This document shows, piece by piece, positions 14,781 to 27,047 of a DNA stretch of 64,000 nt (its first letter is position 1; each line of letters opens with the position of its first letter). Source of the DNA: the human T2T-CHM13v2.0 reference genome, Homo sapiens; NCBI RefSeq assembly GCF_009914755.1, contig NC_060932.1; one strand, 5' to 3'. The position numbers were made by a program, and so were the translations under genes. A model generated the notes under the pieces. It was not told the DNA's origin. It made no database searches and worked only from the letters and a program-made list of their open reading frames with translations.

Positions 14781-15077
14781 TTTTTTTTTTTATTATTTTT
14801 TGAGACGGAGTCTCGTTCTGTCGCCAAGCTGTAGTGCAGTGGTGATCTTGGCTCACTGCAACCTCCGACTCCCGGGTTCAAGCGATTCTCCTGCCTCAGC
14901 CTCCCGAGTAGCTAGGATTACAGGCACGTGCCACCATGCCCAGCTAATTTTTGTATTTTTAGTAGAGTCGAGGTTTCACCGTGTTGGCCAGGATGGTCTC
15001 GATCTTCTGACCTCATGATCTGCCCACTTCGGCCTCCCAAAGTGCCGGGATTACGGCATGAGCCACCGCACCCGGCC
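14781..15077 (-). mobile_element. AluSc
   Basis: TCGCCA(A)GCT 1-nt deletion and GGCCAGGATGGTCTCGATC; TSD AGTTTGGATTAT(G/T)TATTTTT at 14757 and 15078. Confidence 0.9.
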
Positions 15078-15954
15078 AGTTTGGATTATTTATTTTTATA
15101 CTAGCCCTTAACATTCAATAAAAATAGATGTGGTTTGCCAATTAATATGGATATAAACACTTTCAACTAATTTTCAAATACACGGCTTGTCAAAAGAACC
15201 CTTTACATATTGGTTAAGAAAACTACCTAAACTTTTGAAATTTAATAATTACTAGTTACTAGTCATTATCCCAATTTCCACACTGAGAAGATCAGGTAAG
15301 CAGTATCTGCATAGCTCATTGCAATTTATTTAGCCTGGTATCTTTTTTCTTTTGAAATTATAGCAATGACATATTTAATCTGTAATCCATGGTACCTTCA
15401 ACTTTGTCTTTGGTCTATGTACAAAGCTAAGCATGGGTTATTTGCATTTATGTAAATAACCTTCTTAACCTAATTACCTTCTGTTTATCTTTATAGAATT
15501 TAATGTTGGTTTTATGCACTTTGTATCAGGTTATTTCACAAATCATGTTTAACCTATTGTGTATATCTGCAACTTTAATCAATTACATTAAAAAATGATC
15601 ATCGTGGACCATGATTTAAAACATTTAACCTTTAAAATTTCAATGCAGCCTCAAAAATCCATAATTTGAAATGCCACTCATTTTCCACTATGCAAAATAT
15701 AAATCTATTCAATAAATAGCATTGTGCTACAATATGCAAGGCAAAGCACTCTTTTGTAAAGAATCACAAGTTTATATAAAATGTGTAAAATTTAATTCCA
15801 AAAAACTACACAAGTCAAACAAAGGAGAGCACTGGGCATGGCACAAGAATGGCACAGCAGTCTACAGGGATTTAGGGAGAGGAAAGACAAAATCCTCCTA
15901 TGCTTAATTAATCTATCATTTAAATTTGTTCCTATTTATTGTATCTGTTTATGT

Positions 15955-16850
15955 TTGTAAAACAGCCTTGTTGAATATAATTCACATACCACACAATTCA
16001 TTCATTTAAATGGCATAATTCAATGAATGGCTTTTAGTGTATTCATAGAGTTGCACATCCATTACCACAATCAATTTTAAAATATTTTCATTGCTCCCAA
16101 AGAAACATTGCTTCCTTCTCAATCCCACATCTGTTCCCATCCACACCAGCTCTAGGCAAACACCAGTCTATTTTCCTTCTCCATAGATTTGCCTATTCTG
16201 GACATCACATATAAATGAAATCATACAATAGGTGGTCCTTTTATGACTGGTTTCTTTCACTCAACATAATATTTTCAAGGTTCACCCATATGGTAAAATG
16301 CTTCAGTACTTTACTTCTTTTTGTTGCTATGTAATATTTTATTGTTTATCCATTTTATTTATTAATTCATCAGTTCACAGACATTTGGGCTGCTTCCACT
16401 TTTGGTTAGTATGAATATTGCTGCTGTGAATATTTGTGTACAAGTTTTGTGGGCACATGTGTTTTCATTTCTTTTGGGTATATATCTAGGAGTGGAATTG
16501 CTGGATCATATGCTATTTCCATGTTTAACCCTTTGATAAACTGCCACACTATTTTGCAAAGCAGCTCCACCATTTGACATTCCCACCAGCAGTATAGGAG
16601 GATGAGGATTCCAACTTTTGCCCATCTTTGTCAACAGTTGTTATTTTTCGTTTTCTTATATGTGTAGCCACCCTACTTGGTGTGAAGTGGTGTCTCATTT
16701 TGGTTTTCATTTACATTTCCTGATAGCTGTTGACTTTGAGCAACAGTCAGTGTGATTTAGGGTCATTTGTATATCTTCTTTGGAAAATGTCTATTCAGAT
16801 CTTTGCCCATTTTTAAAATTGTGTATTTTCCTTTTTATATTGAGTAATCT
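15955..16850 (-). mobile_element. L1MB-type 3' end
   Basis: ATATAATTCACATACCACACAATTC...GATTTGCCTATTCTGGACAT...GGAGTGGAATTGCTGGATCATATG is typical old L1M 3'UTR/ORF2 end. Confidence 0.8.
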
Positions 16851-16939
16851 GTTATTCATTCCATTTTGCCTCTTTTCTCATTGACTTATTAATGAATTGA
16901 ATATGTTTTATTGAATCATTTGTCTCCACTATTGGTTCA

Positions 16940-17354
16940 TGTCTTAGTTAGGTTTTTGTTGCTTATAATGAATACCTGAAACTAGTAATTTATAAAGAAA
17001 AGGAATTTATTTCTTCCAGTTACGAGGGCTGCAAAGTCCATGGTTGAGGAACTGCATCTGGTGATGGCATTCTTGCTAGTGTGGACTCTGCAAAGTTTCA
17101 TGGTTGTGCAGGTTATCACATGGTGGGCATGCTGAACATGCTAGATCAGATCTTTCTTCCTCTTGTTATAAAGCCACCAGTCCTGCTCCCATAATAATCC
17201 ATTAATCTATTAATTCATGAATTGATTCATCCATTCATGAGGGCAGAGCCCTTATGACCTAGTCATCTCCTAAAGGCCTTACCTCTCAATACTGCCACAT
17301 TGGAGATAAAATTTCAACCTGAGTTTTGGAGGGAAAAATATTTAAACCGTAGCA
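16940..17354 (-). mobile_element. MaLR solo LTR (MSTC-like)
   Basis: TGTCTTAGT...AAACCGTAGCA termini; 5-bp TSD GTTCA/GGTCA. Confidence 0.82.
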
Positions 17355-17359
17355 GGTCA

Positions 17360-18800
17360 TTAGCCATGCCAATATTTAACTTAGCTTAGCCTACTCTGAA
17401 ATAATATTACACCAATCATGTGTGTATAAAAACATCACAACAGTGTACTTTCATTTCTCTTTCCATTGTCTTTGTTAGTTTGTCATACAATTTTATATAC
17501 AAGTCACAAATTATACAGTGCATTTTTTAAACAGTCAGTTGTTTATTAAAGGTACTAACATTTTTGTAAAAAAAAAGATTATGTTTACTCATATATTTAA
17601 CCTACCTTGTGGGTTTTATTTCTTCATGTAGATCCTAATTCCAGTCTGGTATCATTTACAATTTTTCTGAAGTTCTTCCTTGTAGTACCACTTTTCCAGA
17701 TCTAAGTTCTGTTAGATTTTTTTGGTCTAAAAAGCCTTTGCATAATTTTCTATATCAATGTTATAATATTCTGTATTTTTCAGAAATTTAAGGATATATT
17801 TCATTGTTTTCTTGCTGCATTGTTCTGAGAAGAATTCTCTTGTCTTTGTCCTATAAACTGGCAGCTTACAATATTTTCATCTAATTTCTGGCTTAGGGTG
17901 ATTTTCTTTTTTTGTTGTTGTTGTTGTTGTTCAGTTTTGTTTTTGCTTGGGGTCCAAGGATCTTATAGCTGTGAATTTGAGTTTTCATCACATTTGAAAA
18001 AGTTTTGGACATTATTTATTCAAGTATTTTTACCCTCTTCCCCACCTTCTCTTCCTGGGTCTCTAACTATACCTAGGTTAGACCATTAGCTATCTTTTCT
18101 CTCTTTGTTGAGGTTCTGTTTATCATTCTTTTTCAGTATTTTTTTCTGTGCTATATTTGGAATTGTTTATATGGTTATGTCATCGGGTTAACTGATCTTT
18201 TCTTCTGTAGTATTTAATCTATAGTTAATCCCTTGCTATGTATTTTTTATTTCACATGTTTTTCATCAATAAAAATTCCATTTAGAGCTTTATTTTTTTC
18301 TATTTCTTCTATTTTCCCATTATTATGTTCATCTTTTCCATTAACATATTTATATATAGAGAGAGAACAGTTGTTTTAACATCCTTTATGATCAATTTCT
18401 TTTTCCATTTCTATTGACTGATTTTTCTTTTGGTTAACTTTTCTCCCGGTTTTTGGTTATGTTTTCCTGATTGTTTGCATATGTGGTTAGTTTTAGTTGG
18501 ATACTGCCATTGATGGATGTTGAATTTTGTTTAATTAAAAAAAAATAAAATGTAGGCTTTTTTCTCTGGCTTTCAACTTGATCCTTTCTAAGCATTCCTT
18601 AACTTTGTTATGATGTGTCAAGAGCAGCCTTTATTCTGGCACTAATTTAAGCCCAATACTAAAGTTTAAGGCTTCTGAAGACATTAATGCCTGGTCTAAG
18701 TCTCTCTACTCTGACTAGTAGAACATGAACTGTTTTATCCTTGTATGAGCACTGAGAATTGTGTATCTACAGCTTTCTAGTAGTTCTTTTCTCAGGTCTG
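17360..18800 (-). mobile_element. Highly degraded old L1M/HAL1 sequence
   Basis: T-rich, with patches such as TTTTCATCACATTTGAAAAAGTTTTGGACATTATT and ATCTTTTCTTCTGTAGTATTTAATCT resembling antisense L1M ORF1/HAL1. Confidence 0.5.
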
Positions 18801-19016
18801 AGGGTTTTTTTTCTCTCCTCAATCGCTCCTGCAAAAAATCTATGTCCACCTTTACCTTTCCACTGTTATTTTCCTAACTTAGGTCTCCATCACTATTCAT
18901 TTAAATTCCACAGGCACTTCTAGGAGATTGTTCTGATGATAATTCGTCTCATTCTTATATTAGTCACTTCCCCACGGTAGCAGAATTATCTTTTTAAGAT
19001 GAAAATCTAAAGGTTT

Positions 19017-19339
19017 GCTGGGCGTGGTGGCTCACGCCTGTAATCCCAGCACTTTGGGAGGCTGAGGCAGGTGGATCACGAGGTCAGGAGTTCAAGACCA
19101 GCCTGGCCAAGATGGTGAAACCCCGTCTCTACTAAAAATACAAAAAAAAAAAAAAAATTAGCTAGGCGTGGTGGTGGGTGCATGTAATCCCAGCTACTCG
19201 GGAGGCTGAGGCAGAGAATAGCTTGAACCTGGGAGGCGGAGGTTGCAGTGAGCCAAGATCGCACCACTGCACTCCATCCTGGGCGACAGAGCAAGACTGT
19301 GTCAAAAAAAAAAAAAAAAAAAAAAAGAAAGAAAGAAAA
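19017..19339 (+). mobile_element. AluSg with expanded middle A-tract
   Basis: GGATCACGAGGTCAGGAGTTC; perfect 16-bp TSD GAAAATCTAAAGGTTT at 19001-19016 and 19340-19355. Confidence 0.92.
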
Positions 19340-19421
19340 GAAAATCTAAAGGTTTATTTGTCTGTTCCAATTACTTGTCAGTACATTTCTTAAGCACAAG
19401 GATGACATCTGGCAGTTAGTA

Positions 19422-19628
19422 AGTATTGTGCTGGTAAATCAGCTTTCATGGGAAACAATTCCTGATATCTAACATTTGCCCATTACTATGGTGTAAATAT
19501 TTCATCATGGCCACTTGCAAACTGCCAATTAATGTCAGTGAATATAGAGTTGTAAAGAGATGCACACAATTAGCTTTCATGAGGCAGTATAATTCAGCTG
19601 CAGTACAATTCAGCTTCAGCACATTTGG
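19422..19628 (-). mobile_element. MER63A-like hAT-Blackjack MITE
   Basis: GTGCTGGTAAATCAGCT...TGGTGTAAATATTTCATCATGGCC...AGAGATGCACACAAT...CTTCAGCACA matches recalled MER63 consensus (reverse). Confidence 0.7.
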
Positions 19629-19721
19629 TGTTTAGTCCATAGTAGGTTCTTGGTTCATGTTCCTTGAATGAAAGACTTTTATTATCTGTGGTAAAATATA
19701 AGTGCATGAAGAGAACTAGAC

Positions 19722-19838
19722 GAGCTACAGGAGGATTGCTTTAGCCTAGGAATTTGAGGCTGAAATGAGCTATGATCACAACACCACACTCCAATCTTGG
19801 TGACAGAGTGAGACCCTATTCTAAGATAAAATAAAATG
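19722..19838 (+). mobile_element. Alu monomer fragment (FRAM/AluJ right arm)
   Basis: GGAGGATTGCTTTAGCCTAGGAATTTGAGGCTG...TGACAGAGTGAGACCCT plus A-rich tail. Confidence 0.75.
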
Positions 19839-22114
19839 TGATAAATTTTTTAAAAAGGGAGAACCAGGGCTAACTAACTAGCTAGTTAATGCAGCCTCCA
19901 AAAAAAAAAAAAAATCAACACAATGCATGCCTCCAGTTAATTAAGGAAAAAGAGGAGTCTGAGATAAGAATATGCATGTATTAGTAATTTTGGTGTTTAA
20001 ATAGTGATTTTAGCATGAAAATTACATAGAACTTTGCTGAGTAGTATGAAAAATAAAAGTTAATTGAATAACTTTATGATAATTATTCTGCATTGCCAGT
20101 AAGAATTGTAGGGTAGGCAGTAGGAAAGCTTTACAAAATAAATTGAATGAAACTCAGCATGTATAAAACTGTACTTTCCTGTATGTGGCACTTTTAATAT
20201 CTAGAAAGTATTCAAAGCACAAAGCGTTAGGTCTAAGAATGATAAACCCTTACTAGTAAACATATCATACTGCACATAATGAAGAAGAAATGTTGGAAGA
20301 CAGCCTACATTAAGAATTTAAGATAAGCAAACCTTGAAAATTGTGTTGGAAAGCTGTAATTGCAAAATAATAAGGATGCATGAGCATTGGCCAATTGTCA
20401 CAAATCTTGCTAAGTTTGATTCCCCACTCATATGGCTCCACTTTACCTCACTCACTCAATGCCAAAGTGTACTAATTAAAAATATCTATCTAGGTGTACA
20501 GAGACAGAGAACCACTGAGAAGTAAACATATTTTATTATATACTTTATAGTACTATGTTGCTATCTTTGATTTCTAGATACTGAAAAAGTGTTCCTGAGA
20601 AGGTCAGTAAATCCTACTCAAACTCCCAATGAAAGATAGATAGGATTTGGTTCTGACTTTGAGATGGGTGGCCTGGGAGTGGGGAAATTCATTATATGGG
20701 GTAGAAGTAGTGACAATAGTTAGGGACCTAATCCAGTATTCACTTAGGTTGACCTTACCCACATGACGTGTAAGAGGAATGTAGCCAACAAAAGTTTAGC
20801 TAAAGTTCTAAAAACATGATATGCCTTTTCTATGTACTTGCTTTTAGTTTGCTTTTCATGAAAACCAGTTATGAAAGTAGGTACACACTTATGCTTAATT
20901 TTTATAATAGCCTAGAAGTGAAAAATGAAGAAAATCAGTAAAATCTGACACACAACGAAAATAATTTTTATGTTATTTTAAAATATCAATGTCCTATTTT
21001 TAAAGTCAGTCCCCAGTTTCATCTATTTACTCTTAATCGGGTTATTAATAACTCTTAATGGGCATAATGCCAATATCAGTTACAAAGACACGCCCACTAT
21101 GGCATCGAATAACTGCTGAAGATGAGATGGTAACCTACTCCAAAACTTTGTGTACAATTTAAGGTTAAATACTTTTTTTCACATAATTGTTTTTGGGAAA
21201 CAAATTTCATAGTTTTTTTTTGAAGAATGCCATTTCAAATGCTGTTTCATATTCATGTGGGAAGGAGTAGCTGTAGATCTGATTCTTTCAAGTAGAGGTC
21301 ATGAACAATCTCCAAGGGAATGTTAGACTTTGGAATTGCCTTGCCTTAAAGAGCTGTTTAGAAAGTTTTTCCTATTTCTGCTCATGACTATTTTGTTTTG
21401 TTCTTTTGAAGAGTGACCAGAAAGTCAATTATATATGTTTCCTGACACTACATTAGCAACTCATTTATCACTTAGCTCTCCCAATTGACTCTCCCTCTCC
21501 TAAGAGAAATAAAGGAAATATGTAGAATATATTCCTTCATTTGAAATATTATTAAAAGTCTACCAACATTCTAGAAAGGGGCTTGAAGAAGAATTTGCTA
21601 AAAACATGTTTAATAGTTTTGTTTTTTTTTGTTTTGTTTTGTTTGTTTGTTTTTGGGCAAACAGAATGAAAATCCTGGGATATCAGCAGCATATGACCAA
21701 GTGAGAGTGCAAATGTACGTCTGGCAAAGAAAGATAGGGGGTTCATTTCATTTATAGATAATTAACTTATTAAGTTATCCCAATTTTAATCAATTTTATC
21801 TTAAAAGAATAGAATGGTTGAAGCAGTGTTCCCCTCTGATGCAAGGCCGACACAGGCAGCAGGGTTTGAAAATGAAGTCATATGGGAGGCTACAGCACCA
21901 GGGCCAAGGCCAGGGCCAGGCATTTACCTCCTTTTCATCTATTCTTCTCCTTTAATAAACACACACAGACATATTGTTTCTCCAACTCTATTACTCTCCC
22001 ACAATTAATGTTGTCACTTCTCCAATTTTTTCAGTTTCATATATTTTATTCCACACTGATATTTCTGAAAATTTGATCCTTCTACCTACCTAAATCAAAT
22101 GACCTAAGATGTTT

Positions 22115-22245
22115 TTCCAAAATATAAATTCTGAGCTCACACCCACCCACCTCCAGAGAGTATCTGAATGAGAATTGCTGGGAGTGGGTCCAGATATTTT
22201 CACTTCTAACAAGTACCTGCTGTGATTCTTACAAATACTTGAGTC
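22115..22245. mobile_element. MER5-like hAT-Charlie MITE fragment
   Basis: CTGAATGAGAATTGCTGGGAGTGGGTCCAG...TTCTAACAAGTACCTGCTGTGATTCT. Confidence 0.45.
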
Positions 22246-22713
22246 TATTGGTCTTTGGATGAAGCAGCAGGGCCATTTGCAATAACGGCAACATCTTCCA
22301 CATCATAAGTTAGCCTTGACCTGGGCAAAAACTGTAATAGCAATAAAGAAAACAAAAAGGTTGAATTTGAATTAGCCCAAAATGAATAACTCTACAATAT
22401 AGCAGAATTAAGAGTCTGGGAGACCTCTGGGTTCCCAAATGTTCACTATCACCCCCTCATCTTTGACTCAGAATAAGGTATGAAGAAAGAAAATCAGCTG
22501 AAGACACACATTTTTAAAAAATATTATCAAGACATTTTATAAATTTAATGGAAATTGTGTTTAGTGTAAATGCTATGAATAGTGTGAAATTTCTCAAAGT
22601 TCACTGAATTTTTTTCTACTTATAAATGATGATTGAAACAGATTGGAAAGCAAATCGTGTTCTTTAAGCTACCTGATTTAAGCTTTAAGATTACCTGAGA
22701 AGAGAGACCTATT

Positions 22714-22860
22714 AAAAGAAAAGAGGAAGAATGGAAGAAAAGCAGGAAGGAAAAAGGAAGAAAGGAAGGAAGGAAGGAGGGAAGGAAGGAAGGAAGGAAG
22801 GGAGGGAGGAAGAGAGGGAGGGAGGCAGGCAGGAAGGAAGCAAGGAAGGAAAGAAGAAAG
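22714..22860 (+). repeat. Purine-rich (GGAA)n simple repeat
   Basis: Seen directly; up to 5 consecutive GGAA. Confidence 0.95.
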
Positions 22861-23126
22861 TGGGTAAACTTCAGATTCAGAAAATCAAATATTTTCCTTT
22901 CAAACGTTACTTAATTAGATAATTTCTCTTTATATTACATGGACTCTCCTTTCACAAAATTTTATTGTTTTCATCTTGAAAGAAAAATTTCTCAAACTCC
23001 ACAGTGTTTTTGAACATCAATGGAATGACTCAATTTGGCAAATACAAACAGAAACAAATAAGCCCATGTTTATCTAAAAACACAGTCTCCATAATTTCTA
23101 TTAAAAATCAAATGTACCATCATTTG

Positions 23127-23851
23127 TGTCAAGTAAAATGGGCACCACTCACAGTTAAACAGACAGGAAGATTTTATTCAAGAGTATTGCAATAGAGGTC
23201 AAGACTATTGCAATAGAGGAGAGAGATTAAACTCAATCTGTTGAAATAAAATGTGGGGAATTTTTTTTTAATGCTTTAAGTTCTAGGGTACATGTGCACA
23301 ACGTACAGGTTTGTTACATAGGTATACGTGTGCCATGTTGGTTTTCTGCACCCATCAAGTCGTCATTTACATTAGGTATTTCTCCTAATGCTATCCCTCC
23401 CCCAGTCACCCACCCCCCGACAGGCCCCGGTGTGTGATGTTCAAGGTGGGGAATTTTTAAGTGAGGGAGTGAGCTAGTGGAAAATTACAGGAGGAAGTTG
23501 GGGGTAGAGGAGATTGTCAATGTGATTTGGCCATCTGTGTTTGCTAATTTGCACTTGAAGAAGTTAGGCTCATACCTGCCCACAGAGGCTGGAAGATAGG
23601 GGCACTATTTTTATTCATGATTACATTTCAAAGAGATGGCTCCTAGGTCCTTGTGAGAGACATTCCTGAGTTGTAGCACTGTAAAGAGGCTGGGAGAGGA
23701 TTTATATCTTAAAGAGGCACAGAAAGAATGAGCAATCCCAAGTGTTCTAAAGGAAATGCTTTAAGAAAAGAGAGGTCAAGGGCCTACTGGCAGGAAGAAA
23801 CCTGTCTAAAGTTTAGTTATGCTGAAGGGGCCATTAAGGCCATCTTAATCA
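23127..23851 (-). mobile_element. ERV1 solo LTR (MER67-like), split by an L1PA stub
   Basis: GGAAGAAACCTGTCTAAAGTTTAG...TTAAGGCCATCTTAATCA end, TTACATTTCAAAGAGATGGCTCCTAGGTCCTTG core, TTTATT polyA signal near 23173. Confidence 0.7.
23266..23442 (-). mobile_element. L1PA5/L1PA6 3' stub
   Basis: CTTTAAGTTCTAGGGTACATGTGCACAACG...; TSD GTGGGGAATTTTT at 23253-23265 and 23446-23458. Confidence 0.88.
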
Positions 23852-23889
23852 ATTGCCTTTTTTCAGTCTTTCAGATGATGAATAATTTT

Positions 23890-24114
23890 TATTTTTATTT
23901 ATTGATTTGTTTTTTGAGACAAGATCTCACTGTGTCACCCAGGCTGGAGTGCAATGGCACAAACACAGCTCATTGTAGCCTGGAGTTCCTGGGCTCAAGT
24001 GATCCTCCTGTCTCAGCATTCCTAGTAGCTGAGACTACATGTGTGCACCAGCGCACCCAGCTAATTTTTGAAAATTTTTATAGAGATGGGGTCTTGCCGT
24101 GTTGCCCAGGCTGG
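23890..24114 (-). mobile_element. AluJ, 5'-truncated
   Basis: CTCATTGTAGCCTGGAGTTCCTGGGCTCAAGTGATCCTCC J-type right arm. Confidence 0.85.
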
Positions 24115-25128
24115 GAAGAACTTTTATACACATGAATCCATTGTATTAGACATTGAGTCACATTAGTCAAAACTATTTCATCTAAATATTATGGGTGTAT
24201 GCTGATTGTTTAATTCTAATGCTGACCTAACTGTCCCTATTAAATTATAGATTGTTTTGAACTATGTCACAATTCTGTTGTTTACTTATAGTGCCTGCTC
24301 ATTTGTTGATTTAAGCCTAAATTCCCTCTTTAAGGAATATTTTAGTTTATTATTTTTGGTTAAGAATAACATTTGGCAAGGAGCCCCCACTAATACAACC
24401 TCTCCTGATTTCACATAAAATTCCTGAGAAGACACTGAAAAGGTGAAAATCCCCGACAACTCCCGCTAAAGAGAGGGAAACAGAACCGATCCATTGATAG
24501 AATCTGGCAGGAATTGGTGAAAACAATTAGTGTTCTCACCTTGTGTCCCCTTATTGAAACATAGCAGCTGATAGAGGATTAAATGTCATGGGTTCCTACT
24601 TCAGTAACTGTCACATGGCCCCAAAACCCAAGGTCCATAACAAAATTCAATAGCTTTCCCTTATGGGGAAGTATCCCTGTTTGATACTTCCCAGTGTTCT
24701 TAATATTGAGAACATTGTTTTCCCATCCTACTCTCTCACCTCACACACAGACATTTGGAGCCTCCAGATCTCAAAAAGTCACAGGCAGGAAATAGGGGTA
24801 ATTGCTAGTATAACACTTTGTATTCTAGAGAGTGTGGCCCCACAGGTAACACATGTTGTCAAAAGGCCTGCTGAGTAAAGGTAACTCTGTAGTGGTGCAT
24901 AAGCACTTAAATCAATAGATGACAACGATATAGCTCGAGATGGATGCTTTTAACAAATTGTTCATTTTCTAGCTCCTGTCATATATTTGAGTTTGGTTCT
25001 GCTGATCTCATGCAGAATCATCTCTTATTTACAATGACTGATCTGTGACATTCTGTACACATGAAGTTAATGATAAAACTGCCACTCCTCTACAACCCAG
25101 TGCATTAAAGTGACAATGTTGAAAGTAT

Positions 25129-25791
25129 TGTTATCCTGAAGTGAGCCCTTTGATCCTAAAATACAGGGTTGGCTAAAGACAACCCCCCAACCCCCTCCAT
25201 GTTTCAGAAAATGCTTATGGCAAGGAACACACTCTTCCCCATATGAGTTAGATAAGACTCACGGATGACAACCCTGTTTAGCTAATGACAAGGCCAGACA
25301 TAGACCCTCCAAATTTCCATTCTTTGCTCATCAATGGTTAGCTGAAATGTTTGCCCCACTGATCAGTGGGAACAAACTTCTTGTGAACCAAACTTGGGTT
25401 AAGCTTCTCTCCTCCCAGGCATCTGAACTTAGGCTCACCCTCAGCCTGAATCAGCTTCCAGCTCCAATGGCCCATCCTGAGCATAGACTGACATCTGGGC
25501 AAAACATTCACTGATTCATCCAATCATGCCACTCTTTCACCCCACGTCCCCACACTGGGTTTTCTCTAGCCTTGTTTACTCCTCACTGTAAAAGAAAAAT
25601 CCTTTTGCATAGCTCTGAAGACCTGCGAGAATCTCATGGTAGCAGTGTTTTCCTTATTGCAATAATTGTTCTCTCCCTTTTTCATTGGTCCCATTCCCCA
25701 CCCTCTTGCAATAATCCTTTAGAATAAAATCTCTCCTGTAAGTAAAATCAGATAAATTAAAATAAAGTCTGGATTTATGTTTTATTTGATA
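25129..25791 (+). mobile_element. ERV1 solo LTR (MER92B-like)
   Basis: CTTCCCCATATGAGTTAGATAAGACTCACGGATG...GACAAGGCCAGACATAGACCCTCCAAAT; AATAAA near 25723; TTTTATTTGATA end. Confidence 0.7.
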
Positions 25792-26029
25792 AAGGATCCT
25801 TCTAAACTTGACTCATTTCTCATCTTTTAGTGTTTTCTTTTGGAGACTTCATTTCTTTCCGAACTATTCTGATGCTCTTTTTTCTAAGGCATGCCCCCTT
25901 ACTGGGGCTAGCGTTAATCATCCTTTTTTCATCCTTTTAGAAATTGCTTCTTTCAAGAAATTTTCCCTGATCTTTTAAGCCATAAGCTCCCATGACACAC
26001 CATGTTCTATATTCTGCTTAATTGTATTT

Positions 26030-26132
26030 TTATAAAACTGCAGTCTCTTTAAGGGAGCAATGTCTTATACTCTCAACACCCAATATGGAGCCAGACACAT
26101 AGTAGATGTGTAATAGATGTTTGTTGAATGAG
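26030..26132 (+). mobile_element. L2 3' end
   Basis: CACATAGTAGATGTGTAATAGATGTTTGTTGAATGA. Confidence 0.6.
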
Positions 26133-26134
26133 TA

Positions 26135-27047
26135 TTTTTCTTTCTGAATCGATCTTGGGAGATTGTATGTTTCCCAGAATTTATCCATTTTCTCTAGATT
26201 TTCTAGTTTATGTGCATAGAGGTGTTCCTAACAGTCTCTGAGGATATTTTATATTTCTGTGGGATTGGTTGCAATGTCAGCTTTGTTGTTTCTGATTGTG
26301 CTAATTTGGATCTTGTCTCTTGTTTTCTTTGTTAATATGGATAGTGGTCTATCGATCTTGTTTATCCTTTCAAAGATTCTTTGGTTTCATTGGTTCTTTG
26401 TATGGATTTTTGGGTCTCAATTTCATTTAGTTCTGCTCTGTTTTAGTTGTTTCATTTCTTCTGTTAGCTTTGGGGTTATTTTGTTCTTGTTTTTCTAGTT
26501 TCTTTAGGTGTAATGTTAGACTGTTAATTTGAGATCTTTCTAAGTTTTTGAAGTAGGTGTTTAGTGCTATGAACTTTCCTCTTAACACTGCTTTTGCTGC
26601 ATTCCAGAGATATTGGTATATTGTGTCTCTCTTTTCACTTATTTCAAATACTTTTTTGATTTCTTCCTTAATTACATCGTTTACACAGAAGTCATTCAAG
26701 GGCAAGTTGCTTACTTTCCATGTAATTGATTGGTTTTCAGAGATCTTCTTGGTTATGATTTCTATTTTTATTTCACTGTGGTCTGAAATTATGGTTGATA
26801 TTATTTTGATTTTTTAAAATTTATTGAGGCCAAGCATGTGGTTGATCTTGGCGTATATTCTGTGTGTAAGTGAGAAGAATGTATATTTTGTGATTGATGG
26901 GTGCAGTATTCTATATATATCTATTAAGTGCCATTGGTCACGTGTCAAGTTTAAGTTCAGAATTTGTTACTTTTTGGCCTTGATGATCTGTCTAATGTGA
27001 CAATGGGGTGTTGAAGGATCCCACTATTATTGAATGGCTGTCTAAGT
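26135..27047 (-). mobile_element. L1 (L1PB/L1MA-type) internal ORF2 fragment, endonuclease/Z region
   Basis: Track ORF 26427-26705 ...[22 protein letters not shown]...LERSQIN.L..HLK.LEKQEQ is L1 ORF2p; no poly(A) or TSD seen. Confidence 0.88.

Noticed and set aside
15286-15302. Strong splice donor CAG|GTAAGC
   Set aside because: No convincing upstream acceptor or reading frame; isolated donors are expected by chance.
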